Source of the DNA: a virus
Taxonomy: Duplodnaviria; Caudoviricetes
IMG/VR virus record: IMGVR_UViG_3300027975_000006
Location: 1 to 45,611 of that record
DNA: 45,611 bases
Direction: 5' to 3' (one strand)
Position 1 is the stretch's first letter; each line of letters begins with the position of its first letter. Of the stretch, positions 8,056-17,525 are shown piece by piece. Under the pieces are notes generated by a model. It was not told where the DNA came from. It was given only the letters and a program-made list of their open reading frames with translations, and made no database searches. A program made the position numbers and the translations under genes.

Positions 8056-9714
8056 ATGGCCCAGTACGAACTGCCTGAGAACCTGTCGGCCCTGTCCGAC
8101 GACGAACTGAACGCCGCCCTGAACGCCGGACTCGACGCGTTCAAGGAGTTGGGCATCACCGCCGACTCCGACGAGGACACCATCGCCGAGGGCGAGCGCA
8201 TCGCGCCCCTCGTCAGCGCCGTGCGCGCCGAGCAGCAGGCCCGTGTGGCCGCTGCCGAGGCCCGCGCCCAGCGCGCCGCAGAACTGCTGGCCACCGTGCC
8301 CGAGCAGACCGCCGAGGACACCGAGATCGCGGAGGAGGCCCCCGTGGCCGAGCCCGTGGCCGAGGTGGAGCAGGAGGCACCCACCCCCATCGAGAACGAG
8401 GAGGCCCCCGTGGCCGAGAACACCCCCGTGCCGGTCGCCGCCTCTACCCAGAGCCCGGCTGCCCGCGCCGCCCAGAACGCGCCCGAGCCCGTCGTGGCCG
8501 CAGCGATCCAGCCGGTCGTGGCCCTCGTGGCCGCAGCCGACGTGTCCGGCTTCGCCGCCGGGCAGGAGTTGGACGACCTCGGTGTCGCCGGTGCCGCGCT
8601 CGTCGCCCGGCTCAAGGGCCTGCCCCGTGGCATGGCCCCGTCGCCGGTCCGCCAGCGCTTCGGGGCCGCCGTCATCCGCATGGACCACGGCAACCTCATG
8701 CAGGGACGCGAGTACGACGACTACTCGCTGATCCAGCGCGCCGGTGACGAGTCCCGCCTGTCCGGTGGGTCGCTGGTCGCCGCCGGTGGCTGGTGCGCCC
8801 CGTCGGAGACGCTGTACGACATGTGCCAGATGGAGACAGTCAGCGGCATCCTCGACCTCCCCGAGTTCGGCGTGTCGCGCGGCGGCATCCGGTACACCCC
8901 GGGCCCGGACTTCTCGGAGATTTACGCGAACTGCGGGTTCCACCAGACCGAGGCTGAGGCCATCGCGGGCGAGTGCAAGACCTGCTGCGAGGTGACCTGC
9001 CCCGATTTCGAGGAGGTCCGCCTCGACGCGGTGGGCATGTGCGTCAAGGTCCCGATCCTCACGAACGCGGCCTACCCCGAACTGGTCCGCCGCTACACCG
9101 AGGGCGCGCTGGTCGCCCACGCGCACAAGGTCAACGCGTGGGTCATCGGCCAGATGAACACCGCCGCCGGGGCTGGGGTCACCGTCCCCGGCACCGACCC
9201 GATCTCCTTCGCGCTGGACGCGCTGGAGTTGCAGGCCATCGGGATGCGGTACCAGTACCGCCTCGGTGAGAACGCGACCATCGAGGTCGTCGCCCCGGTG
9301 TTCCTCAAGTCCCTGATCCGCATGGACGTGGCCCGCCGCAACGGGCAGGACTGGAACAGCGTCACCGACGCCCAGATCGAGGCCAACTTCTCGGCCCGCA
9401 ACATCAAGGTCCAGTGGGTCTACGACTGGCAGGACTTGGCCGTCGCAGGTTGCGCGGTCACCATCCCGGCCAACGTGTCGGTCCTCATGTACCCGGCGGG
9501 TACGTGGGCCAAGGGCACGGCGGACGTGATCTCCATGGACGCCGTGTACGACTCCGTGGGGCTGGAGTCCAACACCTTCACCGGCATCTTCGTGGAGCAG
9601 GGCGTCCTCGCCGTGCAGAAGTGCACCCACACCTGCAAGGTGACCATCCCGATCTGCGTCTCCGGCCAGACGGCGGCGTCCGATCTGGTCGCCTGCCTCG
9701 CAGAAGCGGCGTAA
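8056..9714 (+). CDS. Major capsid (hexamer) protein with N-terminal scaffold-like region
   Basis: Acidic Ala/Glu-rich N-terminus, LVAAGGWCAPSETLYD motif, position. Confidence 0.85.
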   Translation: MAQYELPENLSALSDDELNAALNAGLDAFKELGITADSDEDTIAEGERIAPLVSAVRAEQQARVAAAEARAQRAAELLATVPEQTAEDTEIAEEAPVAEPVAEVEQEAPTPIENEEAPVAENTPVPVAASTQSPAARAAQNAPEPVVAAAIQPVVALVAAADVSGFAAGQELDDLGVAGAALVARLKGLPRGMAPSPVRQRFGAAVIRMDHGNLMQGREYDDYSLIQRAGDESRLSGGSLVAAGGWCAPSETLYDMCQMETVSGILDLPEFGVSRGGIRYTPGPDFSEIYANCGFHQTEAEAIAGECKTCCEVTCPDFEEVRLDAVGMCVKVPILTNAAYPELVRRYTEGALVAHAHKVNAWVIGQMNTAAGAGVTVPGTDPISFALDALELQAIGMRYQYRLGENATIEVVAPVFLKSLIRMDVARRNGQDWNSVTDAQIEANFSARNIKVQWVYDWQDLAVAGCAVTIPANVSVLMYPAGTWAKGTADVISMDAVYDSVGLESNTFTGIFVEQGVLAVQKCTHTCKVTIPICVSGQTAASDLVACLAEAA

Positions 9715-9719
9715 CTCAC

Positions 9720-9756
9720 TCCGGGGGGGCTGGTTGGACCTGCCAGCCTCCCCGGA
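9720..9756 (+). terminator. Strong GC hairpin (terminator/attenuator) after the capsid gene
   Basis: TCCGGGGGGGCTGG pairs with CCAGCCTCCCCGGA (14 bp, one G-U); no U-tract. Confidence 0.7.
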
Positions 9757-9786
9757 ACCCACCACCCCGTGAGGAGGTGAGGTCCA

Positions 9787-10623
9787 GTGCCGAACATCAC
9801 AGGGGCGCGCCAGTACGTTGAGGTGCCTGCACCGGCGCCGCGACGCGGTGGGCTGTTCGCCGTGGCGAACGTCATCGACGTGGACGACCCGCATGTCCTT
9901 CTCGGGGCTGAGTACGAGACGGACTCCTGCACCCCGGCTGGGCTGTGGGACGGGAACTGCGACACCGGGTTCCCGGCGACTCCGTGCAACCCGGACGGCA
10001 GCCCGATGCTCAAGGACTTCCACGGCACCTCTCTGGTCGTGGGTGATCCGTTCACCGTGTACGACGGCATCGACTGCGAACTGATGGGTGCACCGGCGGA
10101 CCACTACGAGTCGCGGGTCCGTTCCGGGCTGGCGCTCAAGGAGCAGAAGGCTGTGGAGCGGTGGGTGGAAACGCTCATCGTTGACATGGCCGTCGATCTG
10201 GCTCCCGGCAATGGTGCCCTGCCGGGTGAGGCCATCGGGCTTCTGGAGGGCTGGCTGGCCGAGAACTACGAGGGTGCCGGGCTGATCCACATGAGCCGGG
10301 TGGCTGCCGTGTGGGGCTGCCACCATCAGGTGATCGGCGCCGGGCTCGACGGGACGCTGGCGACCTGTCAGGGCACCCCGGTGGCCAACGGCGCCGGGTA
10401 CGTGGACGCGGACAACTACGCCGCAGCCACGGGCCAGATCACCCTGCTTCGCGGCCCTGTCATGGTCCGGTCCGCTCCGTCGATGAACGTGGGGTTGGAG
10501 TGCGTTCCGCCCCGGGTCATCGCGGAGCGCACCTACGTCCCGCTGATCGAGTGCGGGGCAGCCAAGGTCAAGGTTGCGAAGCCGTTTGAGTCGGCGATGC
10601 CGACGATCCCCGCAGAAGCCTAG
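9787..10623 (+). CDS. Probable major capsid pentamer / minor capsid protein
   Basis: PAPRRGGLFAVA, PFTVY, GTPVANGAGY, AERTY motifs; directly follows the hexamer gene as in Rosebush-like phages. Confidence 0.65.
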   Translation: MPNITGARQYVEVPAPAPRRGGLFAVANVIDVDDPHVLLGAEYETDSCTPAGLWDGNCDTGFPATPCNPDGSPMLKDFHGTSLVVGDPFTVYDGIDCELMGAPADHYESRVRSGLALKEQKAVERWVETLIVDMAVDLAPGNGALPGEAIGLLEGWLAENYEGAGLIHMSRVAAVWGCHHQVIGAGLDGTLATCQGTPVANGAGYVDADNYAAATGQITLLRGPVMVRSAPSMNVGLECVPPRVIAERTYVPLIECGAAKVKVAKPFESAMPTIPAEA

Positions 10624-10633
10624 GAGGCACAGC

Positions 10634-11377
10634 ATGGGTGGTACCAGTTTCCCTCTCGTCCGGGGTCGGACGATGCGGGCTACCAAGTTGAACGGCTGTG
10701 GGGTTCCCCTCGCAGGTGACGGCTCGGCGATCTCGGTCACCGACGGGTACGTGTCCGTCGCCCTGACCGCGAACATCAACGAGCCGGAGGAGTTGGTCGT
10801 CACCAACGCCAACGGCCAGACGTGTGTCCGCGACCCCGGATGTGCGGAGTTCAAGGGCTACAACGTGGACGTGGTGTTCTGCAACGTGGACCCGTGCCTG
10901 TACTCGCTGATGACCGGTCAGGACACCATCAACGACGCCGAGGGCAACCCGATCGGCTTCCGCATGAACTCCAAGAAGAAGGCGTGTGACAACGCGTTCT
11001 CGCTGGAGGTGTGGGCCGGGTCGCCGGGCGCCGAGGGGTGTCAGGGTCAGACCACCGAGTCCGGCTCGTTCGGCTACCTCGTGCTGCCGTTCCTGCGGGC
11101 AGGTGTCGTCGGCGACTTCACCATCGAGAACGCGGCGGTGTCGTTCACGATCTCCGGTGCGGTCACCCTCGACGGCAACTCGTGGGGCATGGGCCCGTAC
11201 AACACGATGGAGGTCGGTGGGGTTCCGGCGAAGTTGCCGGAGGCGCTGGACACCAACGACCACCTCGCGGTGCTGTTCACCACGATGGCGCCGCCGGAGC
11301 CGACGGACGGCATGTGCCTGACCGACGTGGAGTACACGGCGTTCTTGGCCGACGGAACCCTGCCGGTCGCCGCCTGA
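10634..11377 (+). CDS. Major tail protein
   Basis: RGRTMRATKLNGCG, FCNVDP, FSLEVW, GYLVLPF, WGMGPY motifs; AGGAGG RBS. Confidence 0.85.
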   Translation: MGGTSFPLVRGRTMRATKLNGCGVPLAGDGSAISVTDGYVSVALTANINEPEELVVTNANGQTCVRDPGCAEFKGYNVDVVFCNVDPCLYSLMTGQDTINDAEGNPIGFRMNSKKKACDNAFSLEVWAGSPGAEGCQGQTTESGSFGYLVLPFLRAGVVGDFTIENAAVSFTISGAVTLDGNSWGMGPYNTMEVGGVPAKLPEALDTNDHLAVLFTTMAPPEPTDGMCLTDVEYTAFLADGTLPVAA

Positions 11378-11399
11378 TCGACACCCCGAGGGAGGGGCA

Positions 11400-12227
11400 A
11401 TGTCTGACCTCTGCGCGGCGTGCGGGAGTTGTGTCCCGTACTCGCCCACGATGTCGTGTTGCCCCGACTGGGGCGATCTGGACGACGACCTGCTGTGCCG
11501 GTCCATCACCCTCGCTTGGGACACCCTGCGTGTCCTGAGCGGGGGGATGGTCGGCAACTGCCCGGTGCTGGTCCGCCCGTGCCTGTCGGAGCCGTGCAAC
11601 GCGTGCGCCTCCAGCGGGCCCCGGGTGGTCCGCACCGGCGACTGTCAGGGCTGCTGGGTCAACTCGGCGTGCGGCGGGCGGGGCTGCTCCTGCTCGGCGC
11701 TGTCCGAGATCGTCCTGCCCGGGTTGGTGGCCGAGGTGTGGCAGGTCAAGGTCGATGGGGTGACCCTGCCGGTGGACGCCTACCGGATCGACAACGGCAA
11801 CAGGCTCGTGCGCACCGATGGCCAGAACTGGCCGTCGTGCCAGCACATGAGCAAGGACGTGGACTCCGACGAGGGCACCCTCGGGGTCTGGTACGTGCCC
11901 GGGATCGTGCCGGACGCCGCCGGGCTGTGGGCTGCCGGGGTCCTGACGTGCGAGTTCTCCAAGGCGTGCTCGGGTGGCAAGTGCCGCCTGCCGTCGGCGG
12001 TCACGTCGATCTCCCGGCAGGGCATCTCCATGGACATCAGCACCGGGATGTTCCCCGACGGGATGACCGGCATCCGCGAGGTGGACGCGTACCTCACGTC
12101 GATCAACCCGAACGGGCTCAAGATGCCGCCGCGTGTCTGGTCGCCCGATCTGGTCACCGCCGGGCACCGGTACACGACGTGGCAGGCCCGCCCGGATGTG
12201 GCCAGTGATCCGTGGGGTGGGCAGTGA
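11400..12227 (+). CDS. Head-to-tail adaptor (Cys-rich)
   Basis: WPSCQ, CRLPSAVTSISRQG, TGIREVD motifs; position. Confidence 0.75.
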   Translation: MSDLCAACGSCVPYSPTMSCCPDWGDLDDDLLCRSITLAWDTLRVLSGGMVGNCPVLVRPCLSEPCNACASSGPRVVRTGDCQGCWVNSACGGRGCSCSALSEIVLPGLVAEVWQVKVDGVTLPVDAYRIDNGNRLVRTDGQNWPSCQHMSKDVDSDEGTLGVWYVPGIVPDAAGLWAAGVLTCEFSKACSGGKCRLPSAVTSISRQGISMDISTGMFPDGMTGIREVDAYLTSINPNGLKMPPRVWSPDLVTAGHRYTTWQARPDVASDPWGGQ

Positions 12228-12718
12228 CCCCGAACGCGACCCGGCTGGCCGTGGCAGTCGCCTCGCTGGTGGAGTGCCTGTGCAAGGCGCTGGCCGAGGA
12301 AGGCGCCGGGCCGACGTGCTTCTGCGGTGCGGTGCCCGGCGATCAGGTCGCGTGGGACTACTGCGGGGAGTGCTCCGGCGGCAACTGTGGCATGGGGTAC
12401 GTGAAGGTCAACTCGGTGTTCGCCACGACCACGTTCCCCGGCGGGCGGGAGTTCTCCAAGTGCAACTCGTACCTCGCGGTGGAGTTGACCGTCGGTGCGC
12501 TGCGGTGCGCCCCGCTGCCCGACGAGGATGGGGAGTTGCCCACCGAGGAGCAGATGCAGGAGTCGTGGCTGGCGACGGTCGCCGACATGGGCGCCATGCA
12601 CCGGGCCATTGCGTGCTGCGGGTTCCCTGACTACTTCCTCGGCAACTACGAGCCGCAGGGCCCGCAGGGCGGCTGTGTCGGTGGTGAGTGGACGGTCACG
12701 GTGCTGCTCGATGGCTAG
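12224..12718 (+). CDS. Tail terminator / tail completion protein
   Basis: GALRCAP, PQGPQGGCVGGEW motifs; GTGA overlap. Confidence 0.65.
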   Translation: MTPNATRLAVAVASLVECLCKALAEEGAGPTCFCGAVPGDQVAWDYCGECSGGNCGMGYVKVNSVFATTTFPGGREFSKCNSYLAVELTVGALRCAPLPDEDGELPTEEQMQESWLATVADMGAMHRAIACCGFPDYFLGNYEPQGPQGGCVGGEWTVTVLLDG

Positions 12719-13304
12719 GTCATCGGTGAAGGTCGTCATCTCCGACACGCTCATCATCAAGGCGTGCAACACCCCCGGCGGGTCCGGTGGGGTGGCCAAG
12801 GAGATGAACGACTGGGCGAAGCGGTGCAAGTTGAGGGCGATCAACACGTCGCCGGTGAACGACCCGATGAACGCCACGCACCGGGGCGGTGTGGTCGGCA
12901 CGTACAAGGCGTCGTTCAAGTCCAGCCGCAAGGGCAGCAACGGCCACATCCTGCGCCGCACGCTGCTCAACGTCGCGCCGCACGCCCCGTACGTGGAGTA
13001 CGGGCGCAGGAGCACCCGGTTCGGGGACTCGTTCTACGCGAAGCACTGGCCGGGCTGGCCTGCCATGCCGGGCAACAACCACATCGTGTTCACCGACCTG
13101 CGATCGAACAGCGTGCTCCGCAGCAAGGGGAACTGGGAGTTGTTCGGGTGGACGGCGCACTCCGGCATCGTGCGCTGGTACGCGGGCACAAGCGGGCGGG
13201 ACGGCAAGTACGTCCTGCTGGACTCGTGGAAGTGGAGCACCGAGAAGTATCAGGTGGACTTCCTCATCGCCGACACCCGGTTCAGCGGGATGCGGTACAC
13301 GTAG
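12711..13304 (+). CDS. HK97 gp10-like tail completion protein with extended C-terminal region
   Basis: SPV...GTYKASF and NVAPHAPYVEYG motifs. Confidence 0.55.
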   Translation: MARSSVKVVISDTLIIKACNTPGGSGGVAKEMNDWAKRCKLRAINTSPVNDPMNATHRGGVVGTYKASFKSSRKGSNGHILRRTLLNVAPHAPYVEYGRRSTRFGDSFYAKHWPGWPAMPGNNHIVFTDLRSNSVLRSKGNWELFGWTAHSGIVRWYAGTSGRDGKYVLLDSWKWSTEKYQVDFLIADTRFSGMRYT

Positions 13305-13317
13305 TACCGGGCGCTGT

Positions 13318-13332
13318 TTCCCACCGTGGGAA
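13318..13332. repeat. Palindromic site 3 (extends to GTTTCCCACCGTGGGAAAC, 13316-13334)
   Basis: Intergenic, 4 bp before a TAGGCT -10 candidate. Confidence 0.85.
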
Positions 13333-13336
13333 ACGG

Positions 13337-13342
13337 TAGGCT
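13337..13342 (+). promoter_or_regulatory. Putative -10 element (TAGGCT) for chaperone/tape-measure genes
   Basis: TANNNT in the intergenic gap, followed by AGGAGGT RBS and TTG 13376. Confidence 0.4.
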
Positions 13343-13375
13343 CGCCACACCAAGGTCCAACACAGGAGGTCCACC

Positions 13376-13786
13376 TTGAGGGAGTTCAAGACAGCAGCGC
13401 GAGCATCCGCGCCCACGTTCGTCGAGGACGCGCAACCGATCGAGTTCGCCATCGACGGCGAGACGTTCACCGCGTACCCACCATCGCCCGGCCAGATGGC
13501 CATGCTGATCGCCGCGCAGGCCGACAGCCGGGACGTGTCCGAGTCGATGGCCGCCATCATCGACTTCCTCGACGGCATCCTCGATGAGGACGCGCAGGCC
13601 ATGTACCGCAAGCGGCTGATGGACCGCAACGACCCGTTCGACTTCGACACCGTGAACGACATCGTGGAGGGCCTTGTCGAGGAGTGGTCCGCCCGCCCTA
13701 CCAAGTCGCCGTCCGTCTCCTCCTCATCGCGGCGGACCGCTGGGTCGAGATCGACGGCGAAGCCGCGCTCGCGGGCCACGACCTGA
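13376..13786 (+). CDS. Tail assembly chaperone (G)
   Basis: IEFAIDGETF, LVEEWSARPT plus Ser-rich tail; two ORFs upstream of the tape measure. Confidence 0.8.
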   Translation: MREFKTAARASAPTFVEDAQPIEFAIDGETFTAYPPSPGQMAMLIAAQADSRDVSESMAAIIDFLDGILDEDAQAMYRKRLMDRNDPFDFDTVNDIVEGLVEEWSARPTKSPSVSSSSRRTAGSRSTAKPRSRATT

Positions 13787-13992
13787 TGGGTCTGCGCGTG
13801 GATCGGTTCCTGAACGCGATCTACGCGTGGTGCCTACCAAGGATCGACCCGCAGGAGCGGGACAAGTGGCTGTACCAGTTGAGTGCCCCGATCCCCGGTC
13901 GGGTTCCGACTCAGGCCACCGTGGCCGACGAGATGGATTCGTTCGCCGCCTTCGCGGGTGCATTCGGGGTCACCCCGCCTGCGAAGGGCTAG
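13684..13992 (+). CDS. Tail assembly chaperone extension (GT, -1 frame) or coupled ORF from ATG 13786
   Basis: Overlaps the chaperone 3' end in the -1 frame; RFLNAIYAW motif; ends just before the tape measure. Confidence 0.65.
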   Translation: MVRPPYQVAVRLLLIAADRWVEIDGEAALAGHDLMGLRVDRFLNAIYAWCLPRIDPQERDKWLYQLSAPIPGRVPTQATVADEMDSFAAFAGAFGVTPPAKG

Positions 13993-14013
13993 CCTGATCC
14001 CGGAGGTGTGCCC

Positions 14014-16323
14014 ATGTACGACTCAGTCGGTGCCATGTACGTCCGTGTCGTCTCGGACACCTCTGGCATCAAGGGCGAACTTGAGCGCGACTACGGCAAG
14101 GCTGGCACCACGGCGGCGCGTTCGTTCGGCACAAAGTTCGACAACGACCTGTCCAAGAAGTTCAACAAGATGCGCGCGTTCGACGCACTCGACAGGCGCA
14201 TGAAGTCGTGGGCTCGTGATCTGGCCAAGACGATCGGTTCAGCGACCGACAAGATCGACTTCCCCATCAACATCGGCGACGTGATCTCTGCTGCGGAGAT
14301 CGCGGACCTAGCCGAGCGGATGGAGGTCCCCGCCCGGGAACTCGCCGCGTACTTGAAGAAGGCGATGCCGGAGGCTCTGCGCGCCGCAGAGGAGGAGCAG
14401 CGTGCCGCGATCAAACGTCTCGGGGTGCTGCGCGAGCAGGAGGCGCAGGAGGAACGCAGGCGGATCAAGTCGCTGGCCGATTTCGAGCGCAGTGAGCGGA
14501 TCAAGGCGCTCAACGCGCAGATGGACGAGACGGAACGGCTCATCAAGGAGACGTACACGACTCTCGACAAGGAGAACAAGGCGTTCTGGCGCGACTACGA
14601 CAGGTCGTGGCGCAACTCGTGGCGGAACATCACCATACTCGGCAAGCAGATTGGGAGGGTGCAGGCCCGGCTGCGCAGGACGGGCACCGGCGGCTGGTAC
14701 GACACCCTGACCAACATCCTCGCCGGGATGCTGGGAACGGCGTTCAAGGTGGGCTCTGTCATCCCGAAGTTGATGGCCAAGGTGGGTGACTCGTTCACCG
14801 ACCTCGGCGTGAAGATGATGTCCGCCGGTGGGCAGATCGGGCAGTTCGGCACAGCGTTCGCCGCAGTGGGCAAGGTGCTGACCAAGTTCGGCAGCGGCGG
14901 GCCTGCTGCCATCGCTGCCATCGCCGCCGCACTGGCCATCCTCCAAGGGCTGCTGTCCAGCATCTCCATCCTCGTCAGCACGCTGACCGCCGGGGTGGTG
15001 GCACTGGGGTCGGCCCTGTTCTACGCGCTGTCCAACGTGGTCCTGCTGGTACCGATCCTCGGCGCTCTCGGCGTGGGGTTCGTCGGGGCTGCGATCGGGG
15101 CGATCGACGCGACCAAGGCGATCGGGAAGTTGTGGACTGCGGTCAACGAGACGGACCCGAAGAAGCGTGCTGAGGCGTGGGCTGCGTACAACGAGGAACT
15201 GGCCAAGTTGGGGCCGAACGCGCGCTCGGCTGTCGCCGCGATGAAGCCGCTGGTGGAGCAGTTCAAGAACCTCAAGAAGTTGGCCGGGGAGGCCCTGTTT
15301 GAGGGAATGGCCGATTCGCTCGGCAAGGCCGCGCCGCTGATAAATGCGGTCAAGAACGGGCTTGTGCTGGTCGCGGGTGCGGTCGGCGATGCGGTTGATG
15401 GGTTCTTGGCGCTCGGAGAGAACACGAAGTTCATTGCGTCGTTCAACAAGATGTGGGAACTGAGCGCCACGATCATCCGCGATGTCGGCTCGATCGCCAC
15501 CAACCTGTTCGCCGGATTCACCAACTTCTTCGCCGCAATCTCCCCGCTGGTGGAGCGGTTCACCGGCGGGTTGGCCACGGTCGCGGAGAACTTCCGCAAG
15601 TGGACTGAGACGGAGAGTGGGCGTCAGGCCATCGTCGATTTCTTCACCGACGCCTACAACATCGGCAAGCAGGTGTGGGATGTCATCAAGGAGTTGGGGC
15701 TGGCCCTGTTCGACCTGTTCACCGCCGACGCGACGAAGGGCGCCGCTGAGGACCTGTTCGGATTCCTGCTGGACGAGATTGGGAAGTTCCGGGACTGGAT
15801 CAACGAGGTGTCCGAGAATGGCAAGTTGGAGCAATGGTTCAATGACGCGAAGGTCGTCGCCAAGGCCCTTTGGCAGGTGATAAAGGACGTGTCGAACCTG
15901 TTTGCGTCGCTGAACAATGACACGAACCGGGGATTCTTCCTGTTCCTTCTCGACGTGATCCGGGCCATCATCGCCACATTCAAGGTGATGTTCACGATCG
16001 GTCGGTGGGCGCTGGCCGGTATCTCCGCTGCACTGACCCCGGTCAAGATCGGGTTCAACGCCCTCAAGACGTCGATCGGGTTCGTGATCGAGCAGGTGAA
16101 GCGGCTGATCGAGTGGATCAAGCGCATCCCGGTTATCGGTCGCATCGCGGGCGGTAGTGCCCCGGGCGGCGGCGGCGGGGGCTCGTGGGGTCGGTCGATG
16201 GATGCTCAGGTGGGCCCAACCGGGTCGATGGTCGTGAACAACTGGAACATCACGACGCCGGGGATGGATAGCAGGGTGGTCGCGTCACAGGTGATGAACC
16301 GCATGGCCGCGATGGCCGGGTAG
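14014..16323 (+). CDS. Tape measure protein (~769 aa)
   Basis: VGAMYVRVVSDT N-terminus, long Ala-rich helical sequence with hydrophobic segment and W/F periodicity. Confidence 0.9.
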   Translation: MYDSVGAMYVRVVSDTSGIKGELERDYGKAGTTAARSFGTKFDNDLSKKFNKMRAFDALDRRMKSWARDLAKTIGSATDKIDFPINIGDVISAAEIADLAERMEVPARELAAYLKKAMPEALRAAEEEQRAAIKRLGVLREQEAQEERRRIKSLADFERSERIKALNAQMDETERLIKETYTTLDKENKAFWRDYDRSWRNSWRNITILGKQIGRVQARLRRTGTGGWYDTLTNILAGMLGTAFKVGSVIPKLMAKVGDSFTDLGVKMMSAGGQIGQFGTAFAAVGKVLTKFGSGGPAAIAAIAAALAILQGLLSSISILVSTLTAGVVALGSALFYALSNVVLLVPILGALGVGFVGAAIGAIDATKAIGKLWTAVNETDPKKRAEAWAAYNEELAKLGPNARSAVAAMKPLVEQFKNLKKLAGEALFEGMADSLGKAAPLINAVKNGLVLVAGAVGDAVDGFLALGENTKFIASFNKMWELSATIIRDVGSIATNLFAGFTNFFAAISPLVERFTGGLATVAENFRKWTETESGRQAIVDFFTDAYNIGKQVWDVIKELGLALFDLFTADATKGAAEDLFGFLLDEIGKFRDWINEVSENGKLEQWFNDAKVVAKALWQVIKDVSNLFASLNNDTNRGFFLFLLDVIRAIIATFKVMFTIGRWALAGISAALTPVKIGFNALKTSIGFVIEQVKRLIEWIKRIPVIGRIAGGSAPGGGGGGSWGRSMDAQVGPTGSMVVNNWNITTPGMDSRVVASQVMNRMAAMAG

Positions 16324-16331
16324 GAGGCGTC

Positions 16332-17525
16332 GTGTACGAGGGCTATCTGGCGATGGACGGCATCGAGGTCGTCAACACGCACCGGGCTGCGGCGTACGCG
16401 GCTGCCGGTGGCCTGTCGTGGGTGCGCGGCTGCTCGGCGTGCTCCAGTGTCGTCGCCGGGCTGGGCGGCGAGTACGAGACGCCGCTGCTGGACGCCAATC
16501 GCCTTGACCCGCCGCCGTGGTGGGACGGCAGCATGGACGCGGCTGAGTTCTTCGGCCTGATGGGCATTTCGGTGTCGAACGCCGACGACTCGACGCGCCG
16601 GATCGAGGTGCTGTCCGGGGCTTCGGGCGGTGGTCACTTCGGGGCGCTGCGGTACACGGTGCGCTCGCTGACGGTGCGGGCCATCGCGGTCGCGGCGTCG
16701 GACTGTGCGTTGGGCTTCGGGCTGGAGTGGTTGCGCTCGATCGACGCGGGCTCGACCTGCGACTCGGTGACGACCGAGATGTATGACTGCTGCCCGAACG
16801 TGACGCAGACCGACTGCGAGGACCCGGAGTGCATCGACCAGTGCATCCAGCGTCGGCTGCGGCTGTTCTTCGGGTCGCGGATCACCTCGGGGCCGACGGT
16901 GCTGCGCCGCCGGGAGATGGACGGGCGCGGCGCGATGGCTGAGGTGGAGTTCGTCATCACGGTGACGGACCCGTACATCTACTCGTTCGTGCCCGCGTAC
17001 GCGGCTGCGGAGCCGGAGGCGCTGATGTGGGAGGACCCGCAGCCCGACAGCGCGATGCAGTTGTCGGACGCGTTCGCCGTCGCCGCCGCCCCGGTCCGCC
17101 CGCCGTCGTTGTCCCCGCAGCCCCGGTTCCTGCCGCGCACGGTGTGGGAGCGGCAGCAGGTCACGGTCCCGGCGCCGGAGTTCGGCACGTCGGTGTCCCC
17201 GATCATCCGGGTCGCCTCTGACGTGTTCGTCCCGTCAGTGCGCCTGACCCTCTCGGACGCTTCGGGTGCGATCGTCGGCCAGTGGTGGATGGAGGGATTT
17301 CCCACCGGTGGGAAAGTCACCCTCGATCTGCGGGCGCGGATGGTGACCACCGAGTCGAACGGGGTCAGCCGCCGCAACGACACGTTCGTGACGGACCCGT
17401 CCGGTGGCCCGGCCCGGTGGCCGCGTGACCTGCCGAAGGGTGAGTACGTGCTGGCGGTGGACCGGGCGCTGGGTACCGACCCGCTGGCGGTGGATGTGAC
17501 GATGATGGGTCGGGTGAGCCCCTGA
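16332..17525 (+). CDS. Minor tail protein (distal-tail-like)
   Basis: MYEGYLAMDGIEVVN, PPWWD, DPYIY motifs; directly after tape measure. Confidence 0.75.
   Translation: MYEGYLAMDGIEVVNTHRAAAYAAAGGLSWVRGCSACSSVVAGLGGEYETPLLDANRLDPPPWWDGSMDAAEFFGLMGISVSNADDSTRRIEVLSGASGGGHFGALRYTVRSLTVRAIAVAASDCALGFGLEWLRSIDAGSTCDSVTTEMYDCCPNVTQTDCEDPECIDQCIQRRLRLFFGSRITSGPTVLRRREMDGRGAMAEVEFVITVTDPYIYSFVPAYAAAEPEALMWEDPQPDSAMQLSDAFAVAAAPVRPPSLSPQPRFLPRTVWERQQVTVPAPEFGTSVSPIIRVASDVFVPSVRLTLSDASGAIVGQWWMEGFPTGGKVTLDLRARMVTTESNGVSRRNDTFVTDPSGGPARWPRDLPKGEYVLAVDRALGTDPLAVDVTMMGRVSP
17299..17314. repeat. Palindromic site 4 (TTCCCACCGGTGGGAA, 2-bp centre), intragenic
   Basis: Perfect 18-bp palindrome 17298-17315; uses AT-rich codons TTT/AAA. 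Confidence 0.8.

Noticed and set aside
8026-10854. 942-aa minus-strand ORF (and similar long antisense ORFs at 4982-7180, 1338-2831, 14308-15834, 22353-23933)
   Set aside because: Antisense shadows of clear structural genes; long stop-free frames are expected in high-GC coding DNA and show no motifs
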